Assembly: GCA_051362555.1 (NCBI GenBank)
Contig: CM120646.1
Coordinates: 6,696,001 to 6,760,000, forward strand
Source of the DNA: Lingula anatina
Lineage: Eukaryota; Animalia; Brachiopoda
Direction: 5' to 3'
Length of the DNA: 64,000 bases
Below are positions 40,314-56,500 of the stretch, piece after piece. The notes below the pieces were generated by a model. It saw only the letters and a list, made by a program, of their open reading frames with translations, was not told the DNA's origin and ran no database searches. How positions within the stretch are numbered: the first letter of the stretch is position 1; each line of letters opens with the position of its first letter. Both the position numbers and the translations under genes were made by a program.

Positions 40314-43300
40314 GCATGCACTGTGGACATAGTGGACTATGTTTTGACCAATTTCAGTGTCCACTCTGGCTTTTGGACGGTCAATAGAATGAGCCGACAT
40401 TTTACCGCCCTTCTCTATGGTGGTTGTAACTTACATGTGTCAGATACATTTCTTTTAATACATGTTTGTCGTTTTCGATAGCATTTGGCTGGTTTTTGCT
40501 GCTATCAGTATGTGCAAATGTATTAAAAAGATTAAAGCTATAATTTGTGGCATTTACGTTTTTAACTGTGATCGTCTTAGAAAGCGTTGTATTAAAACTT
40601 GTAAGAGATAGTGGTAATTTGACAGGAGAGATGAAATATAGTATTTCATTAAATCAAACTTATTTTGCCTTATTACAGACAATAGTGACACTTATTCCAA
40701 AAAGTGATTTTTTATTCTGAATATTAGATGTCCAAATTTTTGAAACAGAGTTGATAGTATGGATAGAATATTTATTTATTTATTTATCCTTGAAACTTTT
40801 AATTTTAGATTGCTATCAGCAGGTTGAAAGACATAATGTGTTGGTAACTTATAGTTTGAATATGGTCATTTTTTCTAAATATAAATATAATGGGGAATCC
40901 ATCTCGGTGTGGACTTCTTTCACTATATGTCGTATAGATAACAGTGCACAAAGATTCCATTATAAAAAGGTTCACTTTTTCAGAAAAAACCTTTTGGAGT
41001 TGCAAGCTATAGGCCTGATACTGAACCTTTTTGTATTTTTGTGACTCATAACCTTTGCTGCAATATATAAGGGTACTAAGTTTCTGCTTTGTGAGGTAGA
41101 TGAAGTTTTGTCTGTATAGGAAAAACGTTTAAAACATACATTTTACAAGCAAATGCGTATTGTTTATTCGCATTATTGGTCACTGTATTACCCACAGTAT
41201 CTTTAGAGAGATGTTCACACGTACCGCACATGTTAAAGTACATGAGTGATACACTTTCTCCGGTGCGACCTAAAGCATTAACGAAATGCACAAAATGCCT
41301 GTCATATTCATAGAGATATTTCGATAATATTTGTTCATTTCTTCCTATACTTCTGTTGAGCTAATACATTCCTCAGGTGGTCACGTGACAACACGTGACT
41401 TAAGATATCGTCGTGTATAACAGAATAGTGTAAATAAATGGTAGTTTGTATATAAGGTAATGTTACGATGGTATAGTCTTAATTTATTGGAATAAAATAT
41501 TCTGACTAATCTTGAAATGAGTTGTGTTTGGCGTATTTTGTGAAATAGGAGGAAAGTAATAAAAATACAGTTAATTTTGAGGAAGATAATGGATTTTTAT
41601 CTGATAAAAAAAAATTGATAACTAACGTATTCCAAAGAGAGTTAAGACGCACCTTTGGCAATATCCATATAATCTTACTCCAAAATTTGGGAATAAACGT
41701 TTGGAAAGAAATAACCATCAGAAAATACAGATAGCTGGTGCAGTTGTCCTTACATGAAAGTTGAACGACTCTGTCGCAATCGGTGAATTTCAAAATGGCT
41801 GACCTTCAGACTTATCACAATCTGAGATCTCATCTGACACATTTCCATGTCTGTCGAATGGAACAAAGATTGTTGGGATGATCGCAAATCCTCTAACAAT
41901 CTTCTCAACCTTCAATTACACGACATAAAGGTGTATTTATGATGTCCCCGCAACAAGTACAATACTTGATAATATGAAAACATGAGTCAATAGTAATGAT
42001 AAACAGAATCAAAAGAAAAAATGATACAAAACATAGAAAAACAACTATAAGAGAAAAACGCTAAGAGATCCACAAATCCGCAGCATGGCATTTTAAATCC
42101 ATGCGCAATTCCATTTATTCGGATTAGATAAAGGTAAAAGATGTAGAGATGACAAATGGGTTTGTTAAGTTGCATGGTTTCAGTCAAAGTAATATAAACC
42201 AAGAGACAATCAGGTGTTCACTGACAATTGTCTGATCGAAGAAGTTATATTTGAGATTGTGTTTAAGTTGTCCGTGCAACAAGTATAAATAAAAACATAC
42301 AATGCCTCTACATGTAGAGCTTTGTCTCCGTTTATTCTTGAATGAACTTCTTAAAATCTTTGAGATTACAATAATATATATACGTTATTACTCATTTCGA
42401 TTGTGTAAGTTATTGCTTACCTTGTAAGTTGTATTGTCACAGTTGCGTGGATAATCTGTAGTATACAGCACCCTATTAGACTACATACTAGTATGTACTG
42501 TACAAAATTCAGTCAAAACACTGTCACAAACAAACCGTAACGTAATCATGTTACGGATCTGATATATGACTAGTGAATTATATGGTTTTTCTGCGTTACT
42601 TATATTGTCAAAAAATTATGGGGTTGACAGTTGAACAGAATACATTTGAAACATCTTGGAAACAGTCCCAAAAGAAAACGTACAAGGTTTCGCTTGCTAT
42701 CACCATCCTAATTAATGTGTAAAGCTTCTACGAGGTCCAGTCCATGTATGCCCAGTTGGTGGACAAATGATGTCTCGAAGGACATGAAATTTATCTCTTT
42801 GAAAACCTACATGACAACTGATCGGCAAACACAAATTGAAATCGTCGCACCTGAAGACTTTTAAACAAAAAGGCAGCTGCCAACGCTGACCAAGTAATGG
42901 AGTAGAGTCCATTTATCACAGGGATTCATTTATTTGAAAGCCTAATTACAAGATGACCACTATTTTGAGCGAAGGGGACATTTGACCGATAGGTTGTTCG
43001 ACATGCAAATTGGCAATTTATGTCCAAACAACTGACAAAGAGTAACTTTTACGAGTTTTAGGAAAACGCAAGGGGAACTAACAGGATTAAAAAATAGTTT
43101 TTTTTTAGACAACAAAGAGAAATTAATTGATAGCTATTGTTAATGTTTTGTGTGTTTTTAGTGTGCAAATTAAACCGGACCTTGAGTGACTTCCGCGAGC
43201 GTCATGCACAACAAGAGAAGCAACTGGACTTAAGTAATTATTTTACTTGGACACGTAAATATTTAATTTTCAATACATAAATCAAAAAAGGATCTTGTTG

Positions 43301-45799
43301 CCTATGACCAGACAATGGTGTGACTGTAGAGAATTAACAGAATTATCATAAATCATACATGCTAACAGAGAGCTGTTCATCCAACAAAATAATTATCTGA
43401 CTTTAAATAGCTTAAAAGTAAGAGGAACAATTAGAAAGTTTAAAACCAGCTAGATTGTTTGAAAGTGCGACTTAAATAAATAACGATTACATGATCTTGC
43501 TTGAGATTGAAAATTGTTGAAACCAAAGTTGACTGTACACATTAGTGCTTATTGTGCACATCGATACACACGATGTATATGTACAACACGTTATTCTCCA
43601 AGACACACAATGCCAGCCACAAACACATTTGTCGGTGCATCTAACAAAATCAAGCTAGCGTTTCCATCGTCATACCAGTACTGTACGTGCAGATGATATT
43701 ATGTCATTTAGACGTGTCTAAAGGTTACACGTAACACCGTGACTTACCATGGTTATGTAACCGAATTAGAAGTTCCTTATAAGATAAATTCGCCCTCATC
43801 ATACGATTTGCAGTCTACACCACGTTTCGAAACCAGGAAATATGCAACAAACACCTCTAATTCTCACTTTGCTCTGACATTTAACTATCGGTGAAGGGAA
43901 TGGTGATTTTAACCCCTAAAATTCTGATTTAGAAGTAAATTGCTCAGGCACCTACCGTTTCATTCCGACCATTTTTAGATCTGTGTTCGTAACATGTATA
44001 AGATTACCTTTGAAACAAATGTGTCAAAGATATAGATCTAAACATAAAATTGTACATTGCGAATTACATGAAACCAACTATGTTGTTGTACAGCAAGAAC
44101 TAGAGCTACCCATTTACGACTTGACTATTTACAAAAATACATATCTAAGCTTATGACATGAGAGGAGAGTTCGTTTAAAGACTAATTCGATTAATATATT
44201 TAGTTCAAAATATTAAGTATTTGTTACATTTGAAATAAAAATGTAGTATTATGAGCGACATTAATTATAATACAACGAAATTTGAGGATCGCAAAATGGA
44301 ATATATATATATAAACATATTGTATAAAAAAATAATAAAGTATTAGCCCAATAATTTTTACCTATACGAAATATTCCTCATACCCACAACTATAGGGTAT
44401 TTTTATAAGAGAAAAGTATAAGCGACTGCATTGCAATCAAAAAAAAAAAAAAATCAGAAGAGTTAAAATAATTTGAAACAACTTTACAATACTGCCTTAA
44501 GAGTTGAGAGAATTATTAGATCAACCATCATCATCAACAAGCACAAACTCGGAAAACATCTGTCGTTTCTCCATTTGAATCAAAAGGAATTCTCTTTCAA
44601 TAGAGTAACAATAATACCTATTTTCATTTGACGTAAAGCTTATCAAAATATTTGCACGTCATTTTAGCAAAAGAACTGAGGTTACGAAAACCTACGAGTG
44701 CAATTATCTCTGAAAATATACCGCCACTGCACTCGTTACCCTTCTCGTATGAATGCACATTTATATAAACATCAGTTAGTTACGTAGAGTCTTATTTTTT
44801 ATTTTTGTACATAACAAAAAAGGGAGTATAACATCTGTGCCTTCCATTTCCCCTTTGTAATTTTATCTTAGTCAGAGGCGGATCCATTGTGATGTCTTCT
44901 TTCTTCTTCTCTTTTTTCCTCATATTTTATTTATTTATTTATTTGCTAAGAATTATATTGTTTTTTTTTTCTTTCTGATTTTATCGTGTACAAGTTATAC
45001 AGAAATTGCCACCATCGTTGTGTAAAAGAAGTCGAGGTTTACCCTCCATCCCTATTATTATAGAATACGCAAAAAACAGAAACGGGCGTCTATGTAATCT
45101 TACTTGTTTTACATAAATGTTCCATACTTAAATTACTTTGTAATATCACTTTATTTACTTAGTGTAATTTGTGTTGCCTTTACACACATGGCTATATTAA
45201 GCATCTTTAATAGCTTTTTTATGATAGATATATTTTAAACCTCCAGTTTCATCTAGTTTTCCAAATTTTCATCACCAGCACTAGTACAAGTAAGTCCGCA
45301 CTGCCCAGGGACATATACCGTAACACATGCAACACATCCCTAGGCAAAGTTAAAAGAAGGACATCCGCGTTAATTCGACGGAGTGAAAGGCTAAAATCCC
45401 TTATCGATCACTACCCAATGACAACCCTGTTTTACGAAACTACTGCCACAAAACGGTTTATTGTATTAATGGAGCTAAATGCCACGCGCATACTGTTGTC
45501 GTACATACATAGTTGCTGATTGGGGATCCATCACAGTGGTCCGGACATATCTGACTTGCTATTACTAATGTCATGGCCGAAAGTTTTTTTTACTGCTCAG
45601 GTCTTGTTATAATTTGCTTGTTTTTCTTTTGTAAATTAGTTTGTCCTCCTTTTTAATTATTGATCAGTCATCCAACAAACTAGCTAATAAGCTCACTAAC
45701 TAACAACATACCTATTCCCCAATATGTCTTGACTTATGTAACTACTAAAATAGCTTTTATACGCATGTCTGTCTTACTTTTCTTTCTTTATACTCTTGG

Positions 45800-46222
45800 T
45801 ACTTCAGTCACTTAATTAGTTAGTTATTTTCTCAGTCACAAGTAATTTAGTTAATTGGTCGCCAACCAGCTACTTAGATATTAAGTAGATCATTAAACTT
45901 ATAAATTAGTTATTTGCTAGTTAATTGGCTGATTGGGTTTTTTTTTGCTAGTTTGCTTCCTTGTTGGGTGTTTTGTCGGTAGACTGGTTGAAAGAATTCC
46001 TGGTGATATGAATGCCTATCTGACTGTTAGACTAATTGATTAGTCGGCTAACTTGTTGATTGACTGACCAGTTGGTAAATTTGGGTCATATGGGCAGGGC
46101 AACCAGGTGGGGAGTTAATCAGACAGTAGTCAGTTGGTCAGTGTTTTGTCCGGTCAGTCAGTGAGTCATCAGACTGTCGATGTGTCGGTCAGTCAATTAG
46201 TCAGTTATTTATCCAATTAGTG
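45800..46222. repeat. Degenerate tetranucleotide region (TAGT/TGGT/CAGT/TGAT units)
   Basis: Runs such as ttagttagtt, gattgactgacc and gtcagtcagtgagtca. Confidence 0.6.
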
Positions 46223-48166
46223 TTTCTAAATCTCAAGGATAACAATTGGTACACGATGCAGAAACAACTATTGGCCATGACCTCTGCGTTCATGCAGACA
46301 GCCTTAAGTGGTTGTAATGTAAAATGTGTTCATGCCATCCATCATTTTAGCTTATAATTGTGTTTTTATTGCTTAAAAGCTTTTTATGTATTGGTTTCAA
46401 TGCATTGTCCTTGTGTAACACAGACATATGGTATAGGAGACAAATCTGATGATTGAAATAATACAAAAAATGACAATAAAATAATAATAATAATACATGT
46501 ATGATATATAGACATGTTTTCAAATAATTTTCGCTGGTCTGATCTGACCTATACTAATCTAATTAGCAGTGTGGCCCATGGCCGGGTTGTCCTATAGGTT
46601 CCTTCACCGGTGACGCATGTATGCCCAATCAATCGTATTTCTAAGCGTTGAAAACCTTAATTCTAGGATAGGTGTTAATTTTTAACGCCAACAGCCATGT
46701 TTGTTCGCCAGGACAATGTGGAAAAATTAATCATATTTCTGATGCGCTTGTCTCTACATAGAGGGCCGTGGGTGCATATCCATAATAAAAATAATGTTTT
46801 TTTTTTCTTTTTTTTTCTTTTTACAACTAACAGTAGTTGGATTGTACAATAATGTGTGGTATATGTAAATACAGTGTGCGGCATATACAAATACAGTGTG
46901 GTGCAGTGCTGTATGTATGATGACATTTTAACGCCTAGTCTTACATACTGGACAATATGGCATAAAAACAAAAAGGATTGTGTTCTAAAATGTATTTTGT
47001 AATGGTATCTAAGGTACATTATGTGTCGCAACGACAGGGGGGGGGGCTACATGTATACTCAGATCATATTTATTTTGAATTGGCGGTTGTTAAAATAAGG
47101 GCTCTTTATGAAGTAAACTTTTAGAAATGACTGATACATATTCTATACATAGACATAGACGATACATAGACGCCGTTAAAAATAATTTAGCACAGGCAAT
47201 GTATTTACCTGTATCTTTGTTCTAAAACAAATGAGCTTCACTGGCCATGATCGACGTGACAAACCAACGTATGGACAGCACTGGCTAAATAACAACACTG
47301 CTCAATTGACCTTGCACTAAAACCAAAACATGCGTGCATTTCGTTCGGTGGTCTGGCTCGTGATATGTTTGCCTTTGCGCACGTCTGACTATCAACCACT
47401 CTGCCTAACATGCGTTCCATTTGTCACGCCTGTTTTTAAAAGGCTATATCTAACGTAAATTGTTGCTCATTTTATAACCTTATTTATCACTTTATATATA
47501 GTTTTGCATTTTAATGCCTTTTTTTTCTTATCTTCGTCGCGTTGTTCACATTTTGTTTTTATTTCGCAAAGTTATCCAATTTCACAAGGCAGCTATCCCG
47601 CAAGACGACCGGCGTCACAATAAGATTGGAACATATGAATATGGTATTAATTACTGGTGTATAAGGAAAGAACTCAATAATTTTGTCTAGAAACGCAATT
47701 TGGTCGTTAGGCACTCTCCCTGGAGAGGTACACTGCGCTAGCCTCGTGCAGTCGACTTAATTAGTTGAAATCCAAATCAAATGACTTTGGTCGGACAAAC
47801 GTGGTGTTCAAAATCATAATCGAAAAATAAAAAAATATATATATATTTTTATAGAAAGTTGTTGGTGCATAATCCAAATTATTCTCTTGGAAATTGGAAT
47901 TACGAACGGAATATTTGCCTAATACAGAATTATGGTATTATTGAAAAAACTTAATTTGAAACGCCGACGTGGTCCAAATTGTACTTTTCTTCAGCAAAAA
48001 AGGATTGATCGAAATACGTCAAACGTTACATTTGACGTTAAAAGCGTTGGAGCGTTGGGGGGGGGGGGGGAGGGGACGGTAGAAAGGGCTTACCCTCTCT
48101 CCCATAGTTTTTACCCAGTCAATTGTGTGAAGAAGGAAGGGTAGAGGATCCTACCCTCCATGTCGC

Positions 48167-48177
48167 TATTTATGTAT

Positions 48178-48220
<43 letters not shown>

Positions 48221-48222
48221 TT
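48167..48222. repeat. (TTTA)n microsatellite
   Basis: Read directly. Confidence 0.9.
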
Positions 48223-51200
48223 CTAGTGGATACCCCTCCCCCCACACACATTTACATTCCCAAACCCCTGATGTGGTACATGAATATTTACAAGACATAG
48301 CGTCTATTTTGACACGCTTCGCAGGGTGTTTTCACTTGTTTAACAAGACAAGTGCCTGAAACATCGCAACAAAACATGTCATTACACTAATGGGCTTATC
48401 TAATTTTGTCAATGGCTTCCAGAGTAGTAGCGGTAACCCGCCGGTGAAATTCGATCCCTTCCCTTGAGACTCGACATTCTCTCTTTCTGGTAGTCCTGTC
48501 AAAATATGTCTTCAGTTTTTCCAGTTTCTCTCCACAGGTGAAATTCATGCATTCTTGTTTTTATTGTTTTGTCATTAATATAACCAAAATAGACAAATTA
48601 CGTATGTCTCAAGAGATTGGCAATTTACTGAATAGTTTTGACCTAAATGTGGTTGATATTACGTAGTAAATTGTTAATCGTTCGTCCTTTGGCATCTCTT
48701 TAGTCAAATACTGAGTAACACGGTATTGTTTTGCTAAAAAAACATAAACATTTGATACTGTTTTTGTGCTGTTCAGAATTATATGCGGCGAGTGACGCAT
48801 TCTTCTGGTATTTAAACTCAGCATACATGAGCTAGAGAACATTCAATTAAGTTTGGCACTTAATTGCAAAAAGTTTAATGTAATTTAGAAATAGCTAAAT
48901 TTATATCTTTCCTGTTTTCTTTAACATCCTGAAAAGATTAACTTCTGTATTTCAGAAAGGTACAGAAGCTAAACACAAATAAAGAAGGAGAATAACAAAT
49001 ATGAAAACATGAGTCCATTCATTAAAATTAAATAAATACTGAATAGTAATAATACTGTATCCCTTTACATAGATAAATGACCTCAGCGAATTGATGTTTT
49101 CTGTATTAAAACAGATGTATATTTACATTGTATATACTAGTTTGACTTTTCTATTCCATGTAAACATATAATGTACATGGCAATGCTAAACCCAAGGCCA
49201 AATTTACAAGAGATATATTTCAGTTTACATTTGGGAAGTCTGAAATATTCATGTATATATAATAATTATATTCTTCACACGAAATAGATACAAATTCAGG
49301 AATAACCTTACATTTAAATGACGTTCGGAAAGTACACATTATAGATGCAATCTCCCTGAAAAACCAAAACATTGCTTAACAATGGCCTTTACATATTTTG
49401 ACAAAATGTAAACGCTACTTTTTAGCTAACAAAATCTACGCCCAAAATTAAAAATTTCCGCACCATTTAACTAATCAATTTGGCTTCATTTTCATGTGAC
49501 ATAATACCAACTGGTTCACGGCTGGCATATTTTGGAGATAAAAGGACGGGCTCTAGTATTTCCGACACGAGTCATCCTTGCGTTATCGTTAAGTAGTTGC
49601 GTGCGCGAGGCATAATAGGTTCTAAATTAAAACTGAACCAAGACGTGGCCGGGTTTTGCTGGGGGATTCGTTTAATTTGAATGCGAGGAAAGAAAACGCG
49701 ATCGCCCCATCAGTCAGTTGCTGATAGTTGTCATCAAGGCCCGGCTTAATCACGGTCATACCGCCGCGTCTTGGGCTGTGATGTTTCTTGGGAATTCAGA
49801 AAGACTCTTCGGGCTAAGAGATGGAGCTATCAACGTCTTGTTAATGGCATTTCTTGTTGTCTTCTTTGTGCTGTGTGAGATGGAGTGCATAGGCACTCTG
49901 TTTGCAACAAAGGCACAGCCATGCATGTGTTTATATTCTCTCTCTCTCTCTCTCGATCGCTTGCAGATGAAACACTTTAAATGAACAGCTTATTTTTCAA
50001 CAAAATGTCCTTGTGCTTCCGATGCTAGTTGGCACTTGTCACTTGATAATTTTCACAAACTTTCGTTGCTCAAAGAAAGAGCATTAGATCCATTATGAAC
50101 ACATATTCGTAAGAATAAAGCAGTTTTCCATTGGCAATCGCCACCAAATATCATGGAAAAAAAGCGCTTCCTTTACTTAATATGATATGAAAGCAAAACT
50201 GCCGTTTTCATGTCAAGTGAACAGACTTCCGCTTAACAGTGTTGGACTTTTTCATAAGATATTCTGTATGGTCTGTTTGGTCGTTCAGCAGCGTGTACGC
50301 TTGCACACGTGTGTGCAGATGCACGCTAGTGCTCATGTAAAGTATCGGACATACGTGTCTATGCATCTAGGTTCATGAAAATGGGACATACACACTAAAT
50401 AGATCATATCCTGCACAATGTCTGTTTATGGTGACACGTAAAATAAACGCAGTAACCTATACCTAAAGAAAAATTAAAGGAGTGAACAGGATGAAAGAAC
50501 ATATCTGAACCATGATTGCAGCTATTTCCAATCTTTGGGCAAACAGGCAATACGGCAATAACAGAAAAAGAAACATGCAGAAAAAAAAACAAATATACAC
50601 ACTAAAGCCATTAACGGGAGCGAGAATTTGTACCGCCCTTGAAAGTCTTTATAATAAAAAATATAGGATTTTAAAAATCGTTTAATAGTTGCTGATTTTT
50701 CCACACAACCGTTCATCAAATACCACAGGCATATGGCGCTGATCGTATGAGTTCAACATGGCGTTGATGTCCATTCAATCTGACAGCAGAACACTTAACA
50801 CGATAGTATTATTCCAACTGATCGCCTTCTTGAAAAGATCAAGCATAATCCCCGATGCTTGTTTCTCTGAGATGCCTTCCCATTGTTTTTGAAGACAACC
50901 GCCTGTGAAATGATTGAGGTAGAATTCCTTATTAAGTGGAAACAACGCATAGGTACTTCAAAATGAGGGAAGGATGCGTTGGTTTTTCAAATGAAGTAAG
51001 ATAAATTGTTTTTCGTTCTTTATTACTTGTGTAAAAACTTAACATGTTGATTGTCCCGTGCAATATTGACCGCTGTATTTTTATTTTTTTTTTTTATGTA
51101 ATATGTGTCTGTGAAAATGGGGCCGTTGTGAGAGGTTTATGTTTCGTAATTCTAATATAATGCAATATCACTCTGCGTTTTTTTGGAAATTTTGCAGCCC

Positions 51201-51760
51201 ATAAGTGACTCGGTGCAAATATCCAGGACATGGTCCGAAACAAAATCATGTAGCAAAGCAGTGACTATGATAGAAATGTGGAAAAAAAATCAAATAAAAT
51301 AATTGCTAAAATATACACAGCTTTTGTCGGCCCAGTAACTTTGAAAACCTCTGTATTTATAAGTCCAGCATCAAACCCACAAGCAAATTAACTCAAGCCT
51401 GTGACTAACGTCGCAGACTAATTCAATATAGCCACATGATCAAGGAATACCGAAACAGGTCTTCTTTAATGATTGTTAAATGTCACTGAAGTTCATACAT
51501 ATGTAGCTGTCAATCAAGTCCACGCGTGTCCTAAGATCGTTTGCTAAATACAGGTACATGCTGCATAACGAACGCGTGCGGTTGATGTCCACTATTAATC
51601 ACTGCCAACTAGGGTCAGGGACACCATCGATGTATGTATCAGTGTAAACATGGGCATTGTCAAAACAGTCTAAAATTACACGAATGTTCTGTTACGTCCA
51701 AAACATCTTACCTCGTAGTTGTTCCAGACCAATCATAGTGCCAACTAGGCGGTCTGGTAC

Positions 51761-51904
51761 CATACCTGTAGCCAGCGATTTCAAAAGGGGGATTATTATT
51801 CCGAAAAAGTGGACCTAGATAAGCTTTTACCCAGAATGGACCATTTCCTGACACAAAAGGACGGTTCTTTCAAACTCCCCGAACCCCCCCTGGCTACGAG
51901 CCTG
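51761..51904. mobile_element. Short MITE-like element with GTAGCCAG...CTGGCTAC ends and subterminal G/C runs
   Basis: GTAGCCAG (51768-51775), then GGGGG, then CCCCCCC and CTGGCTAC (51890-51897) followed by GAGCCTG. The layout is typical of short fold-back elements; family assignment is not possible by eye. Confidence 0.45.
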
Positions 51905-53426
51905 AGCACTATCCCATACTGTAATAGTAAGATACATTTAAAGGTAAAATTTGGTTTCATTCGCAGAAAAAAGGAACTGCGGGTGGAAAAATGCGTAACT
52001 GCTTCTAATTTTCACCTCTTCGAAAATTATAACTAGTGAGAATTCTATAGACGGTTGACAAATAGAACACTGCAGTTGCCATGGTTGACATATTTGGTGA
52101 AAGAAAATGTTTAGACGGAAAATTGGTCAAAACTTTCAAACAAAGCCGTTGGTCACCTTTATATCAGGAGAAACCAGTAGCAGTCCATTAAAATGAAGAA
52201 TTGCATCTGTTTTATAAAAACGAATGAGTTATGCTTTAGACCATTAACCATTATGTTATGGACAACTGCAACCATGTTAGTATCTTAAACTGAAATAGAG
52301 CAACGTTTTGGTTTTTAAGGTAACGAACAGATTTCTGTCCTAAGTACATCTTTTGATACTTTCTCAAGAGCAAGGGGCTTAAACAGGTACTGTACAATGT
52401 TTCGATATCAACGTCACACGTCATATCGGCTATAAGGGAAACTGTTCCATTTTAAAGATAAAGCAATCATTGGCTGTAAACAGCCAGTGTTGACCATGAT
52501 AGATGTCCCCAAATAAATACTATTGTTCAAGCTGCAAAACCGTGCCAATTAAAACATGAAAACAGCCGAAGAAACAGGATAAAAGGACAAAACAAAGAGA
52601 AATGACCAACCCCAAGTGATACGCTTTATATCTGAAAGAAAGGAGCATATATCGGCAAGTCACGCACATTGCAGTTTTATGAAAACAAAGAGGTCTTGCA
52701 TGGTAAAATAACCACGCGTACCTCAGACCAAAATAGCCTGATGACAATGGATAGAAACAAGTATATGTACATGTAGGTCAAGCATGGTGTATTTCCTGTC
52801 GTTCATTTCACATTTGTACCATTTTGAGTATATTTTTGGATCGGAGTTTTAAAAAAATTAATGTTGAGACCCGCATGGGGTTACGACTTGTAAAGTTCTA
52901 TTATTCCACGCACAGTGGTATGATATGACGCCGAAATATGAAAAGGGACATTTTACGTTATAAATGATACAAATGTGTAAGTAGCTTTTTAAAATCTTCA
53001 TATACTGCAGAACTCAATCCATTTATCTCCTTTATTCCTGTCCAAACTTTTCCAGATTTCAAATTATTGGAAATTATTGTGGAAACGTCTTAATTCAACA
53101 GATATCACAATATTAGCAAACACGGCACTTCGATCCAGAATGCCACGAATGCTGCACACTTTTTTCCTGCGAGGAAAATGTCCCCGTTCTCGACAGGACA
53201 GAGTGATGAAGCTAACTGAATTAGCGTTATTATATCACTGAAGAGCCGTGAATGTCTTAAACAGGCAACAACTGTTTCTACGTGTCTGGCATATCTCTGG
53301 ATTCCGATGTGCACGCTGACCTTTTGCAAGGAAATGGTATAGATTTAATACATCCGAGAGAGGGTTTAGCATTCGTAAATGGAAAGTTGATAAAAAGATA
53401 TTAGATTTAAAGAGAAGAAATGATGT

Positions 53427-53428
<2 letters not shown>

Positions 53429-53465
<37 letters not shown>

Positions 53466-53553
53466 CGGATGACAGATAAAGCGGAGAGAAAGACAGAGAA
53501 AGAAAGAGAAAGGGAGAGGAATAAAGATGAGAGACGGGGGGGGGGGGGGGGGG
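53429..53553. repeat. (GA)n microsatellite plus purine-rich tail and poly-G
   Basis: Read directly. Confidence 0.9.
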
Positions 53554-56500
53554 CGAGACAAGGGTTGCAGTAACAGAATATCGCCTATATCTGTTGATCT
53601 GCGTAGAATACATTTTGCGTGTGACCTTATGTCATATGTAAATATAAATGCCATTCCCTTTATACATGTACATGTATGTTGCGTGCGTGTGTTATTTGTG
53701 CGTCCGTGCACTTTGACATGCAAGCATACTTTTTTAATAAGGTCTTTCCATGCCCATAATAACACACGGAAAAAAATGCAGAAAATCGAGAGTTAACTGT
53801 TTGTGCTTACAGCATTGCCAACATCCATAGGAAAGCAACACTCAGCTCAAGTCGAAAACCGCGTGCTGAAATCGGAGAGTGAAAAACCTCGCAAAACACT
53901 TGTTAGTATTTCAGCATAGGTCGAGACGTCAAATCGGCAATGGGAGGTGAATGTTAAAGACTGCAATGGAAATTGACAGCCGTGGTAATGTGAGTCTTTA
54001 GTTAGCGGGCTCGAAGGCTCGACATTTGAAGGCAAGACTAAGAACGTGAACTATACGAAGAGAGATAGAGAGAGAGAGAGAGCAAGATTTGACTTATGTG
54101 CGGATGTGTGGAATATATACTAGTTTTCGTTGGTGCAGTCAGCGTTTGTTATCACGCACGCCTATAAACAGAGGGTAGAAAAGGTCGACCCAAATCTCCC
54201 CCTGCCAGGATGCTCCGGACTAATCCCAGGGGCAAACCCTCTTGGTAAAATACATGTGTAAAACTTCAAGTTGAGGAGAGTATTTCGTCTGTCCCAAAGT
54301 TGTTGAAACCATGTACCAATAAGGTCCCCCTCCCTGCTTTTCCATTTATTTCAGATTCGTTAAAAATTCCAAGCTGAAATTGGACAAATAAAACGGTCAC
54401 TGTGAAATCGTCTCGCCCTTATGTATAAGTGGTGTGTCCAGTTCTGTTGACCTGTTTCACATACAGGGAATCAGGATGACCACTTGTTATATATGCGATG
54501 TATCCACGTTTGTTTCAGGGAGAAGAGCTTAGTTCTTTCTAGTGCTGATACAATCTTATTTATCAATTCAAAAAATAATTGTCTTTATCAATCCGTCTTC
54601 TTGTTTATTTATTAGAATATCTGTTAATCTTTTCATACTGCAATACTGGATAAAAACACACAGACTATCGATTTACTAATGTGAGCTCTGAATGATGTCT
54701 CTCTCTTTACTTTAAAAGATCACAATTTGTGACCGAAATGTCTCTTAAAAAGTTGTAATCCTCTAAAGCCAGTGACACCATTTTTAACTTTGCACAGCAT
54801 CTATCAATGACAAAGGTATTGGCAATATTGTCGTTCTCACACAGTTACTGTCATTGTCATTACAATAAAAATAGCGACAACGCCTCCGCCCCGTGCTTGT
54901 TGGTTTTGACGGAAACCGTAGCCCATGCTGTAATACCTTGAATCATTATGTATGCCACAAAAATCGTAATGAAAAATAAAAATAAAAAAAAAGGAAAATG
55001 ATAAATCCTCTTCTTATGTTTTACGTTATAAGACCTGTTATGTATGTGGACAAAATCAATGTTAGTTTCATCAATATCATTATTTTTTATTTTTATTACA
55101 AAAGGTGATTATTATTATTATTACATACGACAACAGTTTAACTCCTCGTTTCTTAAAGATTCGTGACTGCATTACACGACAAAATCCAAAGCTCAAGGAC
55201 AACTACAGAATAGAATCTACAAAATGCCTGTCGCGAAACAATAAGTTGGCCGACCCGAGTTTCAAGTAACATTATACCTGCCGCAAAACATGAGAGAGTG
55301 AAAACACCAACAATAAAAAAACTGTCTCGCACAAAGGCCAGCTTTCAACGGCTGTCAGAAGCATATGCCGCTTGAGACCTAGTTTGTTTTATCTGCATCA
55401 GCGCAAACCCGCGGAGAATTGTGAATGATCTAAGTGCAATTTTCTGCACTCTAAGCCCGTTTTAAATACATCGCCGCCTCACGAAATGAATGGGCCTGAT
55501 GAACACAGTTGACAGCTCCTATGTAATTCTTTCAATACGATAGGTATAATAGGAGCATCTTTGAGGACCTTGGGACGGGAACGGATATATATGTCGGGTT
55601 TATCGTTCAATATGGGTATCAACGGACAAGAAGATGGTCGTAATTGTTTCATTTTTCTAATCAAAATCGCACACTTTTAAGACTATTATTGCTTTCTGAA
55701 CACCCAGAGAATCCTTGGTAATTTATGACTCTCAGTTTTAGCAGTCGCGACCCTGAAATGCACTGAGCACGGTTATGGCATTCTTATTAATGAATGAATT
55801 CATCGGTGACCGTGTAGAATAAAAAATCAGATCATTCAGCCAATTTATTGGTCTTTAGCCTGATTACGCTTTTTATGCTGTATGATATATAGTTTTCATA
55901 ATAATATCAATCTGTATAAAACACGTGTCGGATGTCCAATTAAACTCACTATTAATTCTTTGGTTAATGATCATACCAAGACGTATCAAGTAAATTTTGA
56001 ATCGACGATATTAAAAAAAAAAAAAAATTAAAATGTTTTCACGCTGTGATGAATGACGCGTTTGGTCGACGTCTTGCAAAACCAAAAATAATTCGCGTTA
56101 ACACGGCGTATAAGGTCACCAGTTCCAGACTAATTGTTTGGAATGTATTGTAAAAATTATCCGACTGATTAGGTCCTGCGGCACGACCATTGGTCTTCCA
56201 TCGCGACATATGGCTGAGAGAAATGAAGAATTATGTCTTTTCAGGGCTATACCGTATTCGCATGGCTATATATGAAATTAAGAAAAAAATCCTAACAGCT
56301 GCTAAGGTGATGAAACGCATTACAGCTATCGCCATTTCAATATATTTCTGTTCAAATATTATGTAAGTATAATTTCAGTGCAGTAACTTAAGTGCCGATC
56401 ACAGCTATCTAAACTTGTTTGTATTTTTTAAAATGAAAGCACGTTTACATTAACCAAACCTAATACACGTGACAGATACGAGTATTTCCAGTTATTTCAG